Part shown: piece after piece, positions 13,150-25,700 of the stretch | How positions within the stretch are numbered: position 1 is the stretch's first letter | Layout of the letters: every line of letters starts with the position of its first letter | Source of the DNA: Anthoceros angustus | Taxonomy: Eukaryota; Plantae; Anthocerotophyta | NCBI GenBank assembly: GCA_010909165.1 | Contig: MU008181.1 | Location: forward strand, 558,001-622,000 | Direction: 5' to 3' | Length of the DNA: 64,000 bases | Translations under genes and position numbers: made by a program | The notes under the pieces: model-generated | Told to the model about the DNA's origin: nothing | The model's input: only the letters and a program-made list of their open reading frames with translations | Database searches by the model: none

Positions 13150-16100
13150 ATTGTACAGCTATGTGCCACAGGATAGCTTCCTCACCGGCACGCAATAGTC
13201 ATTTGCATCCAGGAGATCACAGAGGGATGGGGGCATATGCCTCAGCGTGTCGAGGCTAGTCCGAGTATGCACTCCCGAGTCGCTCCCAGTGTCCGTCCGG
13301 GTCCCGCATTTGCCCACCAACCTGCGTAAGGTTCGGATCAGCAATGCTATGGTGGACAATCGAGAGGGACATGTCACAGTCAATGGCTATGCCCCCAAGA
13401 TGGTGCTCCAGATCGGGAGCACGGTAGGTGATCATCGGGAAAATGCTGGCAGCCAGGTTGCACTTGAGTGGGACAGCGCTCCGGCACTCCCATGGAACAT
13501 TGAAGCGCCGGTTACAGAACCGATGCAGGGAAACCATTCAAGCCCATCTTGATCACGGCCCAGGCGGAACTACGCCATGACATTGGTACATCATTGTCAT
13601 ACGGCGACCAATTATGATGTCTTGCTTGGACAAGATTATCTTTTCCCACCAGGCCTCAGTGTTGACAATTGGGCCAGCAGCTGCTCGGCCGATTACGCGG
13701 TGGACACATTGCCCATTTCCCGCTGGATTTACATGGAGGTGTGGAGGTTGACAGCCGCCACTGGTCCCATGTGTTCTTATGGTCACCACCACAGGCACGC
13801 CAAGCATACTCGGGGCGGTCCGCTCACATACTCGGGATACCCATTGCGCACATACTCGGGGCGTCTAAAGGGCATCCAGGCGGAGGAGCGCCTTGTTGCC
13901 GGTGGAACGCTACGTGAGGTACTAGAGGAGGAGGACCCCATGGATTGCTGCAATCTTTCGAGCTTGTCCATGGCTGTGTCTCGGAGGTTGTCGCCCATGG
14001 CGACACAATGACCATCTTCAGGTGGTTTGCCTCAGTTCAACCGCCGCATGGCTCGGCCGTTACTCGAGAACCATCGCCGTGGATGGGTCGTCATCAGTGG
14101 TTGCCAAGGTTGGTCAGTCTTTGGAGCTCTTTGGTGGCCTTTGCACAGGTCTCGAAGCCCTCTTGCAGAATGGATTGGTGGTCGCACGCTATGTGTCTTG
14201 TGATAGTGTCCAACATTTCGGCGCATTCTTGCCGTCTCCGTGCACGCTTTCCACATTGTGCCACTTGCCATGGTACCTTCTGCATCCCACAGGATATCCG
14301 CTACCTTCAACCCCGGCATATTCAAGCTACTTGTCTCCCCATCGACATAGTGATAGCGATTAGTGTCAAGGCTTCTCTCGGGGCGGGGCGGTGAATTCGC
14401 CGGGCCTTCGAGGCCAGGATTTGCAGTGTTGGTGTGCATTCGGCCTGATCAGGCTTATGTGGAGAATACACACCGACGCTTGGATACTCTCACTCGTCCA
14501 GACATGGGCAGTCGGTACATGTTGGGGCTCCTTCTGGCTGGATCTGCCAAGTCGGAAGTTATGCTCACCGGCCCATAGCTGGTGGACTAACTGGCCCGCA
14601 ACCTCTCCTATTTGGTTCTCATTCACCACCCGGACCTCTCACTTGTCCAATGTTCGGATGGGCATCATCGCCCGCCCCAGTGCGTCGCGAACCCTCCATG
14701 TACCGACCAACACCTGCCGGCCCGACTTTACCCACCTTGGTGAGCTTCCCAGCTCTTATGCTTATCGAGGAGAGGCGGATTGCTTCTCAACACGGGACCC
14801 GGCAATGGGAGGAACCTAGTGTAGAGGCAGGAACGCCTCATGGGCTTTCCCACGTGACAACGCACCGCGTCACGGTCAAGCGGTGATGCTTGCCTTGGAC
14901 GGGCCATGGACCTTCATGCCCTTACAGGTGGTCACGTTGCCTTGCATTTCGACTCATGGCTTCTCGGTCTATTCACTCCCAGTATCTTCCGGCTCGCTCT
15001 GGGGCCCACTCTCGCCCTTCCCAGGTTATACTACCTGGTCATCTTGGCTTGATGCAGGGGGGGGAGCACGGGGCCTGGATAGCAAGGCCTGTTTTTTCAG
15101 CCTCAAGCCCTGGTAGTGGAGGAGGCAGCCCTGCGGCTGATGGCTCAACTAAGCCTAAGCCATGCGCTGAGAATTTCATGTGGGTCATGGGACCTAAACT
15201 CAGTGTTGAACAGCAGGAACGGATTCGAGTGTTGCTACTCCAGTACAAGGATTGCTTCGCATTCTCCATGCGAGAGTTGAAGCGCTGCAATGTCACTACC
15301 TTCCACATCAATCGACCGTGAGGCCCATCTATCGGAGGCAGATGCAGGCTCGGCAAGGCCCGAGTGGGACATGGTGGATGCTAGGTGTCGAGGAGTTGCG
15401 GGCGGGACTCATCTGCCCTCTAGCTCGGACTGTCTCACGTGATGCCTCCTAAGAAGGACAGAACGGGCGTGGCGAAAAGCGCATGTGTGGGGACTACAGT
15501 CCCATCAATGCTCACCTCAGGACCGGTATCCAATGCCGACGCCTTGGGAGAAATCTTTGACAACATTGGCTGACTCCACCTACTTTTCTATATTGGACCT
15601 CAGGGTTCAATCAAGTGCGATGGTGGCAGGGAGGACATCAAGAAGCGGCCTCTTGGCTCTCAGCAATTGTGGAGTGGCTAATGCCCTTTGGCTTCAGAAT
15701 GCATGAGTGGCGTTTGTTGAGTCATGGACTCGGTCTTGGCGGTTGACAAACTTGATGTGCTACATTGATGATGTGCTGGTGCCGCGTGATTTGACCCACC
15801 TAGTGCATCTCGAGGACTGTTCAGCCTTCTCAGGCACGACGTCGTGTCAGAAGCAAAGTACGAATTTGGCATGGATCTTGTCGTATCACGTGCACTTCTC
15901 AAAGCTAAGAAGAAGGGGCTGGGCCTAAACTCTTCTTGACATTCGGTATGCGGAGGAAATGGTGAGGCACTAACAACTGGTCCGCACAAGGAAGGGCATC
16001 AGAGATCGCCATGGCCTGGTTGCACATCACTTGCGTAGAAGGGCATTGAGGAGTTCAATGAATCCATTTGAAGTTACGAAGGCACTCGGCTATGCTATCA

Positions 16101-17350
16101 CCTACAAACCGAGCACAACTCGCTGGCTATAGCGTTGGTGTGCTATTGACACACGTTCATTTAAAACGCGTACCTATGTGTTGAATGGTTCTATATTCTT
16201 CATCATTGTTACGATCTTGCATATCAATCCTCTTGCGCTACATCGGCGACATGATTTGGAGTCACCCGGTTGGAGTCTTGCAGATCGCGGCCAGCAAGAC
16301 CATTGGGAGGATTGAGATGCATTACAGTGTTTGCCAAAGCAGGCGGTGAACTCGACCATGACCTGTTGGCCGGGAAGGTCTTGACAACTCTGCTGGGCCC
16401 TCTGGCCCGGGGCACGGGCTTGTGAGCAGGTAATGGCCTCGAGCGGGTTGGTCCACCTCCGCGATAGGGAACAGGCTCATTCGCCAGCGATGCCAATGAG
16501 GATGGGACACTTTGGTGTTAAGGCACCTCTGGATCGGGTCCCACACTTTCTTTGGATACGGTCAGGTCAAACAGGTGCCTTTACGAGAATCGATAGAGTC
16601 AAAAGGCTTCACCATGAGGCACTCGTGCACTGAGATCATGGGCCTCTTTTATGGTCTTGTGACTTGATAGGTGGGCATGCCCATTTGACACCAGGGAAAT
16701 GTTTACATCCTTGTCTGCGATGGAACATTTCATGTTATGGGGCGAGGTAGTGGGCCTTGCGACAAGACCTCCACGAAACCACGGGCATTTTGCAAAATGT
16801 CTAGAGCGGGTGCTTTTCAGAGTGCTTGGTGATCAGGTTGAGTTTCGCGGAGAATTCGGGACTTTGGATCGACCTTGATTGACCATCGCCAGGCGGTTGG
16901 GATCACCTCAAGTGATGGCTCATGGCAAGATAGTGCAAACCATCAAGAAGGGACGAGGAAACCTATCTTGGTCCCACAAGACCGAATGGGACTTGGTGCA
17001 TACATAGCCATGGGATGTCGAATGAGCAAACACGCCTCGGCCCATTTCATCCCTATTCTTCTTTGGTAGTGAGAGCCAATGCCACCCCGGCTCCATTGCC
17101 AAAAGCAGATGCATGAGGTGGTCAACTGGATGACCTCACGGTATGGGCATTGTCATTGGACGTGGCAACATTATTTCAGCCGAGCCATGCAATGGCCATG
17201 GCCAGCACCTCCGCATCGCTGTGACCATCGGGACACGTTGAGGTATGCTCACACTGCGAATTAAACCTCCGTAGGTTGAAGAAATTTCGTGGGGACTTTG
17301 GATTACACCGAGAGCCAGCGAAACACCCTTGCCCATCGGTAAGCACGTAT
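13150..17350 (+). pseudogene. Gypsy pol (protease-RT-RNaseH-integrase), frameshifted
   Basis: Motif order PR-RT-RH-INT, split across ORFs 13247, 13577, 14890, 15485, 15707 and 16875 by indels. Confidence 0.8.
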
Positions 17351-17665
17351 TGCGAGTGAAGGAGGTCGGGCCAAATGGAGTACTCTTGACATGATGGCGC
17401 CACGACGAGACCATATTTGTGCAGAGTATGCCTCCAAACCTCGACCCAACCATTGTTACGTGATTGGGTCCCTCCATCAATTACCCATGCCAAGTGTGTG
17501 GCCACGGCCGGACGATGGGGACACTGCTTTGCGCGACCCCACCGGTACTGAAGATCCAAATGGTATTATTAGGCGACGAACCATATGAAGAAGCGTACGC
17601 ACCGTGTCACCTCCCAAACCTCGACCCAACCATTGTTACGATTGGGTCCCTCCATCAATTACCCA

Positions 17666-17788
17666 TGCCAAGTGTGTGACGGGCGGATGATGCGTAGATG
17701 CGCTATGCTGACCCGCAATGGTGGTTACCATCTGTTTGCCTAGATCCACCACTCGTCCGGATCAATTGGTATTGCACCTTTGTGCCCC
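17666..17788 (+). pseudogene. PHD-finger remnant at the end of pol
   Basis: Reading across indels gives CQVC..DD..ML.(C)..(C)NGGYHLFCLDPPL..(P)..NWYCTFCAP, a C4HC3-like pattern. A partial first copy (CQVC..PDDGD.LLC) lies at ~17487. Confidence 0.65.
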
Positions 17789-17876
17789 ACTGACCACAAG
17801 AAACACGGCCTTAGCTTCTGGTTTTGGGACAAAGGACTCATTTTTGGCTACGATTGGTGGGGCCAGTGGGGAGTAT

Positions 17877-18270
17877 ACTTGGGCAGTCCGGTCTTGGTCT
17901 TGGCCATACTGGGATGCCCCTAGTCTCCAGTCTTGACCATTTAACGATCCAGTCTTGGTCTTAGCCATACTCGGGACAGTCCCAGTCTTGGTCTTGGCCA
18001 TACTCGGGACAGTCCCAGTCTTGGTCTTGGCCATACTGGGACGGTCCAGTCTTGGTCTTGGCCATACCAGGCACGGTCCCTCAGGTCTTGGCCATACTGG
18101 GGAACATCAGTCTTGGTCTTAGCCATACTGGGGCAGTCCAGTCTTGGTCTTGGCCATACTCGGGACAGTCCAGTCTTGGTCTTGGCCATACTGGGGCAGT
18201 CCAGTCTTGGCCATACTGGGGCAGTCCAGTCTTGGTCTTGGCCATACTGGGGCAGTCCAGTCTTGGCCGG
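17877..18270. repeat. 31-bp tandem minisatellite, about 13 copies
   Basis: Unit GGGGCAGTCCAGTCTTGGTCTTGGCCATACT, with some 25-bp variants; no spacers. Confidence 0.95.
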
Positions 18271-19329
18271 CGTAGCCACTGGAGCACAGCGGTGTGAGCT
18301 TTGTTGCACGTCGCACGACACTTGACTCCTCTGGCGGTCCCTCGATTTGCACGCGTGATGCGGCCTCCACCGCTTTAGGAGCTCCGCATGATAGTATCTG
18401 CAGTCAAACCTGTTGGATGGCCTCCTCCACATGGGCGCCAAGCACTTTCGATATTCTTGCCTCTAGAGGTTCTCGGCAACCGGGCGTGCTTTGATTTGCC
18501 ATTATTCGTGGCGAGATCATCCATCGATGCAGCCAAGTCCCTTGAGGCCACTAAGGCGGCCTCCGCCACTTCGGTACGCTCCTTAGCGCACTCCCCTCGG
18601 CGCTTTTGCTCTTGCCCGCCATGGGCCGTTCCCCTTCAGCAGGCCCGGACCCGGCCTTCTGCATTTGAAACCCTCTCTTGCCCGTCCATCTTCGCCTTGA
18701 GGGCCGCCATATCTTGTTCCGGCGTCACGGCACTCCGCTCGGCTTTGGTGTCCTCTGGCTCCTTTCCAACTCAACACGCCCGCCTCCTTGTCAAGGCTCT
18801 TCCTTCCATTGATTGAGAATTGCTCTACAACCTTTTTCCACATCCATCGTGTATGTCGTCGAACTTATTATATAGTAAGAATATTAAGATATCACTCACT
18901 TCCCCTCTCATGAACTCATCTTTCGAAGGTGCCACCATCATTTTTGGAGCTACTATCGGCAATCTTGTCAGGATAGCTGGGGCCACTCGAAGTCGCAGCT
19001 CCAGAGTCTCCTTCTAGCCCTCCAACTCCTGGCGCCGTTCTTCAACGTCCTGCAGCTGTACACAGAGGTCTCCCAGCTCCCTAGTGTTGGCCTGCATCTC
19101 TTCCTCACGGATCACCCGCTTGCTCTCGCGCGCACTCATACGGGTTTGCCGTGGCCACTCGCCACTTCCTCCACCGATTCCTATCCCGGCCGGTGGTGGT
19201 CCCTATCCGTCTTGGCAGAGGCCTCCCTTTAACCAAGCGGGTTCGAGATGCTAGCGGCGACCACTATCTCCTCCCGTCGTGGTAGCCTCCGTGGGGTTGT
19301 TCCGGTGGAGGAACCAAGAGGAGGAAGGG

Positions 19330-20670
19330 CTCTTCCCATACTTCCGGGCGGCGGGGGGTCCGTTCCAGGCGCATGGAGTCCGAAATTCCCTCCCAATCCT
19401 CGTCCTCCCGAGGCACTGGACTTGGGCGACCCTCGGCTCTTGTGCCCCTTTCCTCCGGTCCGTTTCTCGGCGGTCACCATTTCCCGAGCGCCGCCTCTTC
19501 TCCTTCCTTTAATAGATTAAGGTGTCCCCACACATGGACGATAAATGGGGACAACGCTGATGGGGGTGGCCGCTAGTTTCTCAACTTCCTGGACTCCTGG
19601 GTAACACAGGCGAAGATGATCTGCCCCCAGTCCGTTCTCTTGCCTCTCTGAAGGGCGTGGAGGAAAACAAGCAGATTGTCACCAAGATGGTCCACCTTGG
19701 TGAGCATGTTCCAGTGGACAATAATCTTATGCTTTCCCTCACCGTCGTCCTGGACATCAACCACCCGTTAGAGGACGGCGTCCGGCCTCAGTGAGTGCGC
19801 CGCCTCCACCTTCCCCTTCACCTTAAGGGGCTCGCACTACCCTCCTATCTCCTCCGCGATGTGGGCAGACCTCGGGACCTCACGGTCCATTTCCTCGGGT
19901 CCCGCAGCTCTTAGACCGGACGGTTTTGTTGGCCCGCCAAGATCTTGCGTACTCCCGTCTGGGATTGACGTTTAGTCCGGAAGACTCTTCCAGGCGTACT
20001 CTTCCCATACTTCCGGCGGCGAGGGGGGTCCGTTCAGGCGCATGGAGTCAAAATTCCCTCCCAATCCTCGTCCTCCCAGGCACGGACTTGGGCGACCTCC
20101 GGCTCTTGTGCCCTTTCCTCCCGGTGCTTTTCGGCGGTCACCAGCCCCTTCCGGAGCGCTCGCTCCTCTTCTCCTTCCTTTAATAGATTAAGGTGTCCCC
20201 ACACATGGACGATAAATGGGGACAACGCGATGGGGTGGCCAGCTGGTTTCTCAACTCGGACTGCACACAAAGTGGAAGATGATCCGCCTCATCCGTTCTC
20301 TTGCCTCTCAAGGGCGTGGAGGAAAACAAGCGATTGTCACCAAGATGGTCCACCTTGGTGAGCATGTTCCGATGACAATAATCTTCGCCATCGCACCTCA
20401 CCGTCGGTCCAGTGGGTCAACCATCAACCCGTTAGAGGACCGCCGGCCTCGAGAGTGCCACCCGCCGCCTCCACCTTCCCCTTCACCTTAAGGGGCTCGC
20501 ACTACCCTCCTATCTCCTCCGAGCGATTGTAGATCGCCTCGGGACCTCCACGGTCCATTTCCTCGGGTCCCCATGCTCTTAGGCCGGACGGTTTTGTTGG
20601 TCACCGGCATCTTAGTACTCCAGACCGGGATTGACGTTTAGTCCGGAAGACTCTTCCAGGCGTACTCTTC
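19330..20670 (-). repeat. ~665-bp tandem duplication (2 copies) of a retroelement antisense ORF segment
   Basis: CTCTTCCCATACTTCCGG at ~19330 and ~19998. Both copies encode MLTKVDHLGDN...GKRTD on the minus strand. Confidence 0.85.
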
Positions 20671-20783
20671 CGGGCGTACTCGGGCTCCACAGCGTGACGT
20701 TTAGTCCGGAGTGGCCTACTCTGGGGTTTAGTCCGGAGTAGCCTTCTCCGGAGTTTCCTACTACCCGCCCTCATCACTTCCTG

Positions 20784-20906
20784 CCGTCCATCACCATTTC
20801 CCTTACCCAACCTTATTTCCCCTTACCCAACCGTCCATCACCATTTCCCTTACCCAACCTTATTTCCCCTTACCCAACCGTCCATCACCATTTCCCTTAC
20901 CCAACC
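20784..20906. repeat. 47-bp tandem repeat, about 2.6 copies
   Basis: CCGTCCATCACCATTTCCCTTACCCAACCTTATTTCCCCTTACCCAA at 20784, 20831 and 20878. Confidence 0.95.
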
Positions 20907-21134
20907 TTCTAAAACCGGAAGGTCCCGTCCAGAAGCAATATCCCGCTGAGGATACTGAAGAGAGAGCACCTCGCCGGAGGGGGACCATACTCTGCACTTC
21001 AAAATCTGCACCTTCAGACCGAGGCGGGAGAGCTCTTGTGAACTAAGCCGTGTGGTTTGTAACCCCGAGCTCAAAAGTCTTCCACAAGCAGGGGCAAGGG
21101 GTATCTCATGAGGTCAAGTAGAAGGCCCCATGAT

Positions 21135-21320
21135 GAGTATATCCTAAAAGAGAATTTAGAGTATATCCTAAAAGAGAATTTAGAGTATATCCTAAAAGAG
21201 AATCTAGAGAATACCCTAAAAGAGAACCTAGAGAAAACCCTAAAAGAGAACCTAGAGAAAACCCTAAGGAGAACCTAGAAAACCCCAAAAGAGAACCTAG
21301 AATACACTAAAAAGAACCTA
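21135..21320. repeat. 24-bp tandem repeat, about 8 copies, progressively diverging
   Basis: GAGTATATCCTAAAAGAGAATTTA grading into GAGAAAACCCTAAAAGAGAACCTA. Confidence 0.95.
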
Positions 21321-21689
21321 CCAATCGTCCTAGTGGTGGGCCCCACTAGATGTGTCCCCACTGTGGAGGCTCCACCAGAGCTATGGGCCCGGGCGGCTTT
21401 ATGTCTCCGTGACCCAGCGCCACCCGCGCGTCCGAGACGCGGTTCATTGCGCGACAAGGTCCACCGCTGCCCAAGCCAACCCCGCCCTAAGCGCGCCTAG
21501 CCCTAGGCCGGCCATCAACCACCGCGGCTGCGACTACATGGCCAGCCAGGCCACAAGGCGCCTATCAGCTCACGTTGTGCATGGCGGCCCCGTAGGCCCA
21601 GCGCCCACGTCTATGCGCGGGCCTCGGCCGCCGTGGCTGGGCGCCGCCAACCCGACGCCGGCAGACCCTGCTAGTGTGTCCGGCCCGCT

Positions 21690-21870
21690 CCGCTCCACGA
21701 AACCGCCCTACTCCCACTCCGCTCCGCTCCGCTCGCTCCGCTCCGCTCCGCGCCGCTCCACGCCAACCGCCCGCCTCGCTCGCCCGCCTCGCTCGCCCGC
21801 TCCGCTCCACGCTCCATGCCAACCGCCCTGCTCCCGCTTCGCTCCTCGTCCGGCCCGCTCCCGCTCCCAG
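21690..21870. repeat. GC-rich (CCGCT)n-like microsatellite / low complexity
   Basis: CCGCTCCGCTCCGCTCGCTCCGCTCC runs. Confidence 0.85.
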
Positions 21871-21883
21871 TTTGTAGAAAGAT

Positions 21884-22238
21884 GACTTTATGCTTTACAA
21901 TGCCACTCTATCAAGTTGAGCATGATGAGTATCTTGTGAATGATATGGTGAAACGTCTCATTTATCGATTATAAGGATTTAATAAAATAATATTGAACTT
22001 AATGATGAAATGATTATGATCCCATTAGGGACTGGGATTGCCGGTCTTGAATTGGTAGGTGGAATATGAGGGAAAGTGCAGGAACAACCCAAGGGAATGA
22101 GACATTTGATGGATTGATATGAAGTGGTGGGCGACCACTGAAGACAAGAAAGTCTAGGCATGTGCGGATTGGTTGGTGGAATGTCAAGGAAAACTTACGG
22201 TGACGACGCAAGGACGAGACACAGGCCATCGCGAGCTC
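21884..22238 (+). promoter_or_regulatory. 5' part of the lectin upstream region (repeat units), cut by the TIR element
   Basis: Aligns with 40616-41045 (CAATGCCACTCTA.CAAGTTGAGCATGAT..., GATCCCATTAG.GACTGGGATT..., GGTAGGTGGAAT units), which precedes the deleted lectin copy. Confidence 0.75.
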
Positions 22239-22769
22239 GGTCACTATAGTTCGTTGGGGGTTTAATGCGAGGTTGCCTTGATCTAGTGGGGCCCACCACT
22301 CAGTCTCTCTCCTCTCACCGTTGCCGTGCCACCCCATCTTGGGCGCCCAGGCTCATGTCATGCCTCATGTCATGAGCATGAGCTCATGCTATGACCATGT
22401 GTGCTTGCTCATGGCATGCATGTCATGTAACCCGTAAATTGCGGGCGAAACAAACCCTACAACATGTTTCCATTTGAAATGGAAACTAAGCATCATTTTT
22501 GGCGGGTTCACTTCACACTGAACTCGATTAACAATACCTCCGTGCGGCCCGTGTTACGAACAATTGTGACTTGCAACAAACTAAGATGGAGATTGAAGAT
22601 CTTCCCTACGGTTGGGAGGTGCAAGAGGCCAGTGGCTTGTTCAACACGCAACATCTGAAGTTTTCACCGTTATAGCAAGATGGTATGAGGTTGCTTCTAA
22701 GGATTGTGCCTCTATCTCTAGATTTGCCATTATTCCATGGAGCAGGTGTCGACTTGGTGTTAGGAGAAG

Positions 22770-25700
22770 GCAACAATGCACAGTTCCCCACATACTTTTG
22801 GAAGGAGACGGTTGAAGAAAGGCGCCTCCAAGCGTAGTAAAACTAATGTTTGGGCTTATTTGTGCCACAAGAAATACTGGTGTGCATTTGGGAAGGCGAT
22901 CTTCGTGATGATAATGCACAAAAGCAGCTTCAAGCGTGTAGGAAAAGCGGAAAGCCAAGATCTTGAGAGGTCGAGTATCAAACATGGTTGCCGGTACCAC
23001 TTTGATGTGAAGCGACTTGCTATCTAACTAGCGCTTGTGTTTTGTGATTCATTTGAACATGTAGACCAATCGGACAACCGCCACTTAATTGCGGTATCTG
23101 CAGACCCTCTCAAGGTTTGCTGCCCGTTTAAGTGAGGACATCCGTGCTGTGCGAGGCGTCTTCTTTGAGTGTAACAAAGGCGAGATATACCTCGAGCATG
23201 TGGAGCAAGTAGAATTGAAAGCACAAGCTAGTGATTATGAACCTTGTCGCGATGATTTTTTACAGCCACACGACATTAACAAAATTGCCTCTCAATTGTT
23301 TGCGGGGTTCTATCAATATCACCTCAACGATGAGATTAGTGTTGGTTTGTGGATAGAGGCTCACAAGGACCTTGTCTGGTATCATTTTGTTTCCTCCCCC
23401 TTAGTGATTGGCTTGCAAACTGATTTCCAGCGTTCCATGATTATGCGGTTGGGAATGGGAATGTCATATCCATGGACGCCATTTGGGACCAACAAATACA
23501 AGTTTTACATACACACTTTTGGTATTTGATAGTTACTATAATGGAGTGCTTGCACGGATTGTTACGAGATAGTGAACGGTAGATATTCATCTTGGTTGCA
23601 AGCTTTCAAGGACCATATTGGTAGGCATCGCCGAATGGCAACCAAGTGCCTTTACGGTGCAGTCATTGCGAAATTGCAGCCATTCACAATGTATGGGGCG
23701 TGACAGTTCCAGTGTTGTTATGCTTGTGACATGTCAGAAAGTGCTGGTTACGATATTTGTTGTTGAAGGTCTGGAACTGGGAAGTTCGGGTTGGTCACAT
23801 TATGTACCTATCCCGGCGGTGGCAAACTGAAGGTGAGGCCCACAAAATGCTGCAACAAGTGTGTGTAGATTTTGGAGATAGTGCTCCGAGTTTCATTGAG
23901 TATTTCAAGAAACAATGGCACAGTGTGCTTCCCTTATGGTTAAAGGGTATCAGAACTATGAGGCACGCAGGCCAAGATTGTAACTCTGCTATCGAAGCCT
24001 GGCATGGGTTTTTGAAGTCTCTGTTGTGCCATGATTTTGTTAGGCTGCGAGGAAGATGGTTGGATTGGTTGCTCCACACTCTGTGGAAAGCAAAGCAAAA
24101 TCTACTAGTATAAGCATTTCACAAAGGAGCATGGATTCGGATACAATGCAAGGGAAGCGACAATCGTGGACAATGCAATCTTGGGTTCCCAATCCATTCG
24201 ACTCATTTGTCACATTACCAACCACAATTGATGGCCCAACTTTTGTGAGGAGTTACACTGATCGGAAGTTGATCTATACCATCTTCATTGTAAGTGCAGA
24301 TTGGACTTCTGTGTTGTCCAGGCACTCGGGGTTTCTTTTGCAAGCACCAAGCTAAGATATTACACCTCAAAGGGGAAAGTATCCACACAGCTAGTTACTA
24401 CATGGCTAGAAGAGGACATGTCCATGTCTCTCCGCATTCTGTTGGACCAGAACATATGCCTTGTGAACAGGCGGTGCACGAGGAGGCAGACACACCTATT
24501 TTCACAACTGAGGAAGACACTGAATCATTGCCAGCACTGCCATTTGGCAATAAAGCCACAAGTGAAGGCCGTTGCTTCATACGAGCTTGGAAAATATATG
24601 GAAAGAAGTGTGGAATGGTGCATGCTGATGCTTCCTTGCTCCAGCATACTCATGCAGCAGCTTCTATGTTGCTTCTCCAAGTTAACAATTGCGAGGCGAA
24701 AATGTGCCAATGGTGCGATGTCCAATTTACTCAAATTGGACAATGGCTTTGGAGATTCTTTGAAGAGGAAAAAAAATGTATTGTGGAGATGACTACTTGG
24801 AAGCACATAACCCTTGGCGAAGCCAAAGATGCTAGAGATATTCTCTTGGTTGCAAGCTTTCAAGGACCATATTGGTAGGCCTTTGCCGGAATGGCAACCA
24901 AGTGCCTTTACGGTGACGATGCGTAAATTGCAGCCATTCACAATGTATGGGGCGGTTCCGGTGTTGTTATGCTTGTGGCATGTCGAGAAAGTCTTTGATT
25001 CGACATTTGTTGTTGAAGGTCGGCGGGAAGTTCGGGTTGGTCACATTATGTACCTATCCGGTGTGGCAAACAGGTGAGGCCCACAAAATGCTGCAACAAG
25101 TGTGTAGATTTTGGAGATAGTTCGAGTTTCATTGAGTATTTCAACAATGGCATGTGCTTCCCTTATGGTTAAAGGGTATCGAACTATGAGGCACGCAGCC
25201 AAGATTGTAACTCGCTATGCTGGCATGGGTTTTGAAGTCTCTTTGTGCCATGATTTTGTTAGGCTGCGAGGAAGACGGTTGGATTGGTTGCTCCACACTC
25301 GTGGAAACGAAGCAAAATCTACGGTATAAGCATTTCACAAAGGAGCATGGATTCAGTACAATGCAAGGGAAGCAGCAATCGTGGACAATGCAATCTTGGG
25401 TTCCCAATCCATTCTCGACTCCACATTACCAACCACAATTGATGGACCCAGCTTTTGTGAGGAGTTAATCGGAAGTTGATCTATACCATCTTCATTGTAA
25501 GTGCAGATTGGACTTGCCGTAATTGTCGAGGCACTCGGGGTTTCTTTTGCAAGCACCAAGCTAAGATATTCACCTCAAAGGGGGGTATCCACACAGCTAG
25601 TTACAATTTAGGCTAGAAGAGGACATGTCCATGTCTCTCCGCATTCTGGACAAACATATGCCTTGTGAGCGGTGCACGAGGAGGCGGACACACCTATTTT

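Larger units (their letters stand above)
11500..20950 (+). mobile_element. Ty3/gypsy retrotransposon remnant (gag, PR, RT, RH, INT, PHD, 3' repeat array, antisense ORF)
   Basis: Gag-like ~11600-11900; protease-region TNYDVLLGQDYLFP ~13600; RT QDRYPMP (~15520) and MCYIDDVLV (~15755); RNase H remnant ~16100-16380; integrase IDHR/IAMG.RMS ~16880-17070. Boundaries approximate; LTRs not resolved. Confidence 0.8.

Noticed and set aside
17877-18270. 31-bp repeats as a CRISPR array
   Set aside because: Units are contiguous with no unique spacers, there are no cas genes, and the context is eukaryotic.
17941-18441. 166-aa repetitive ORF (PQYGQDQDW...) as a real repeat protein
   Set aside because: The unit length of 31 is not divisible by 3, and all frames give similar cyclic peptides.
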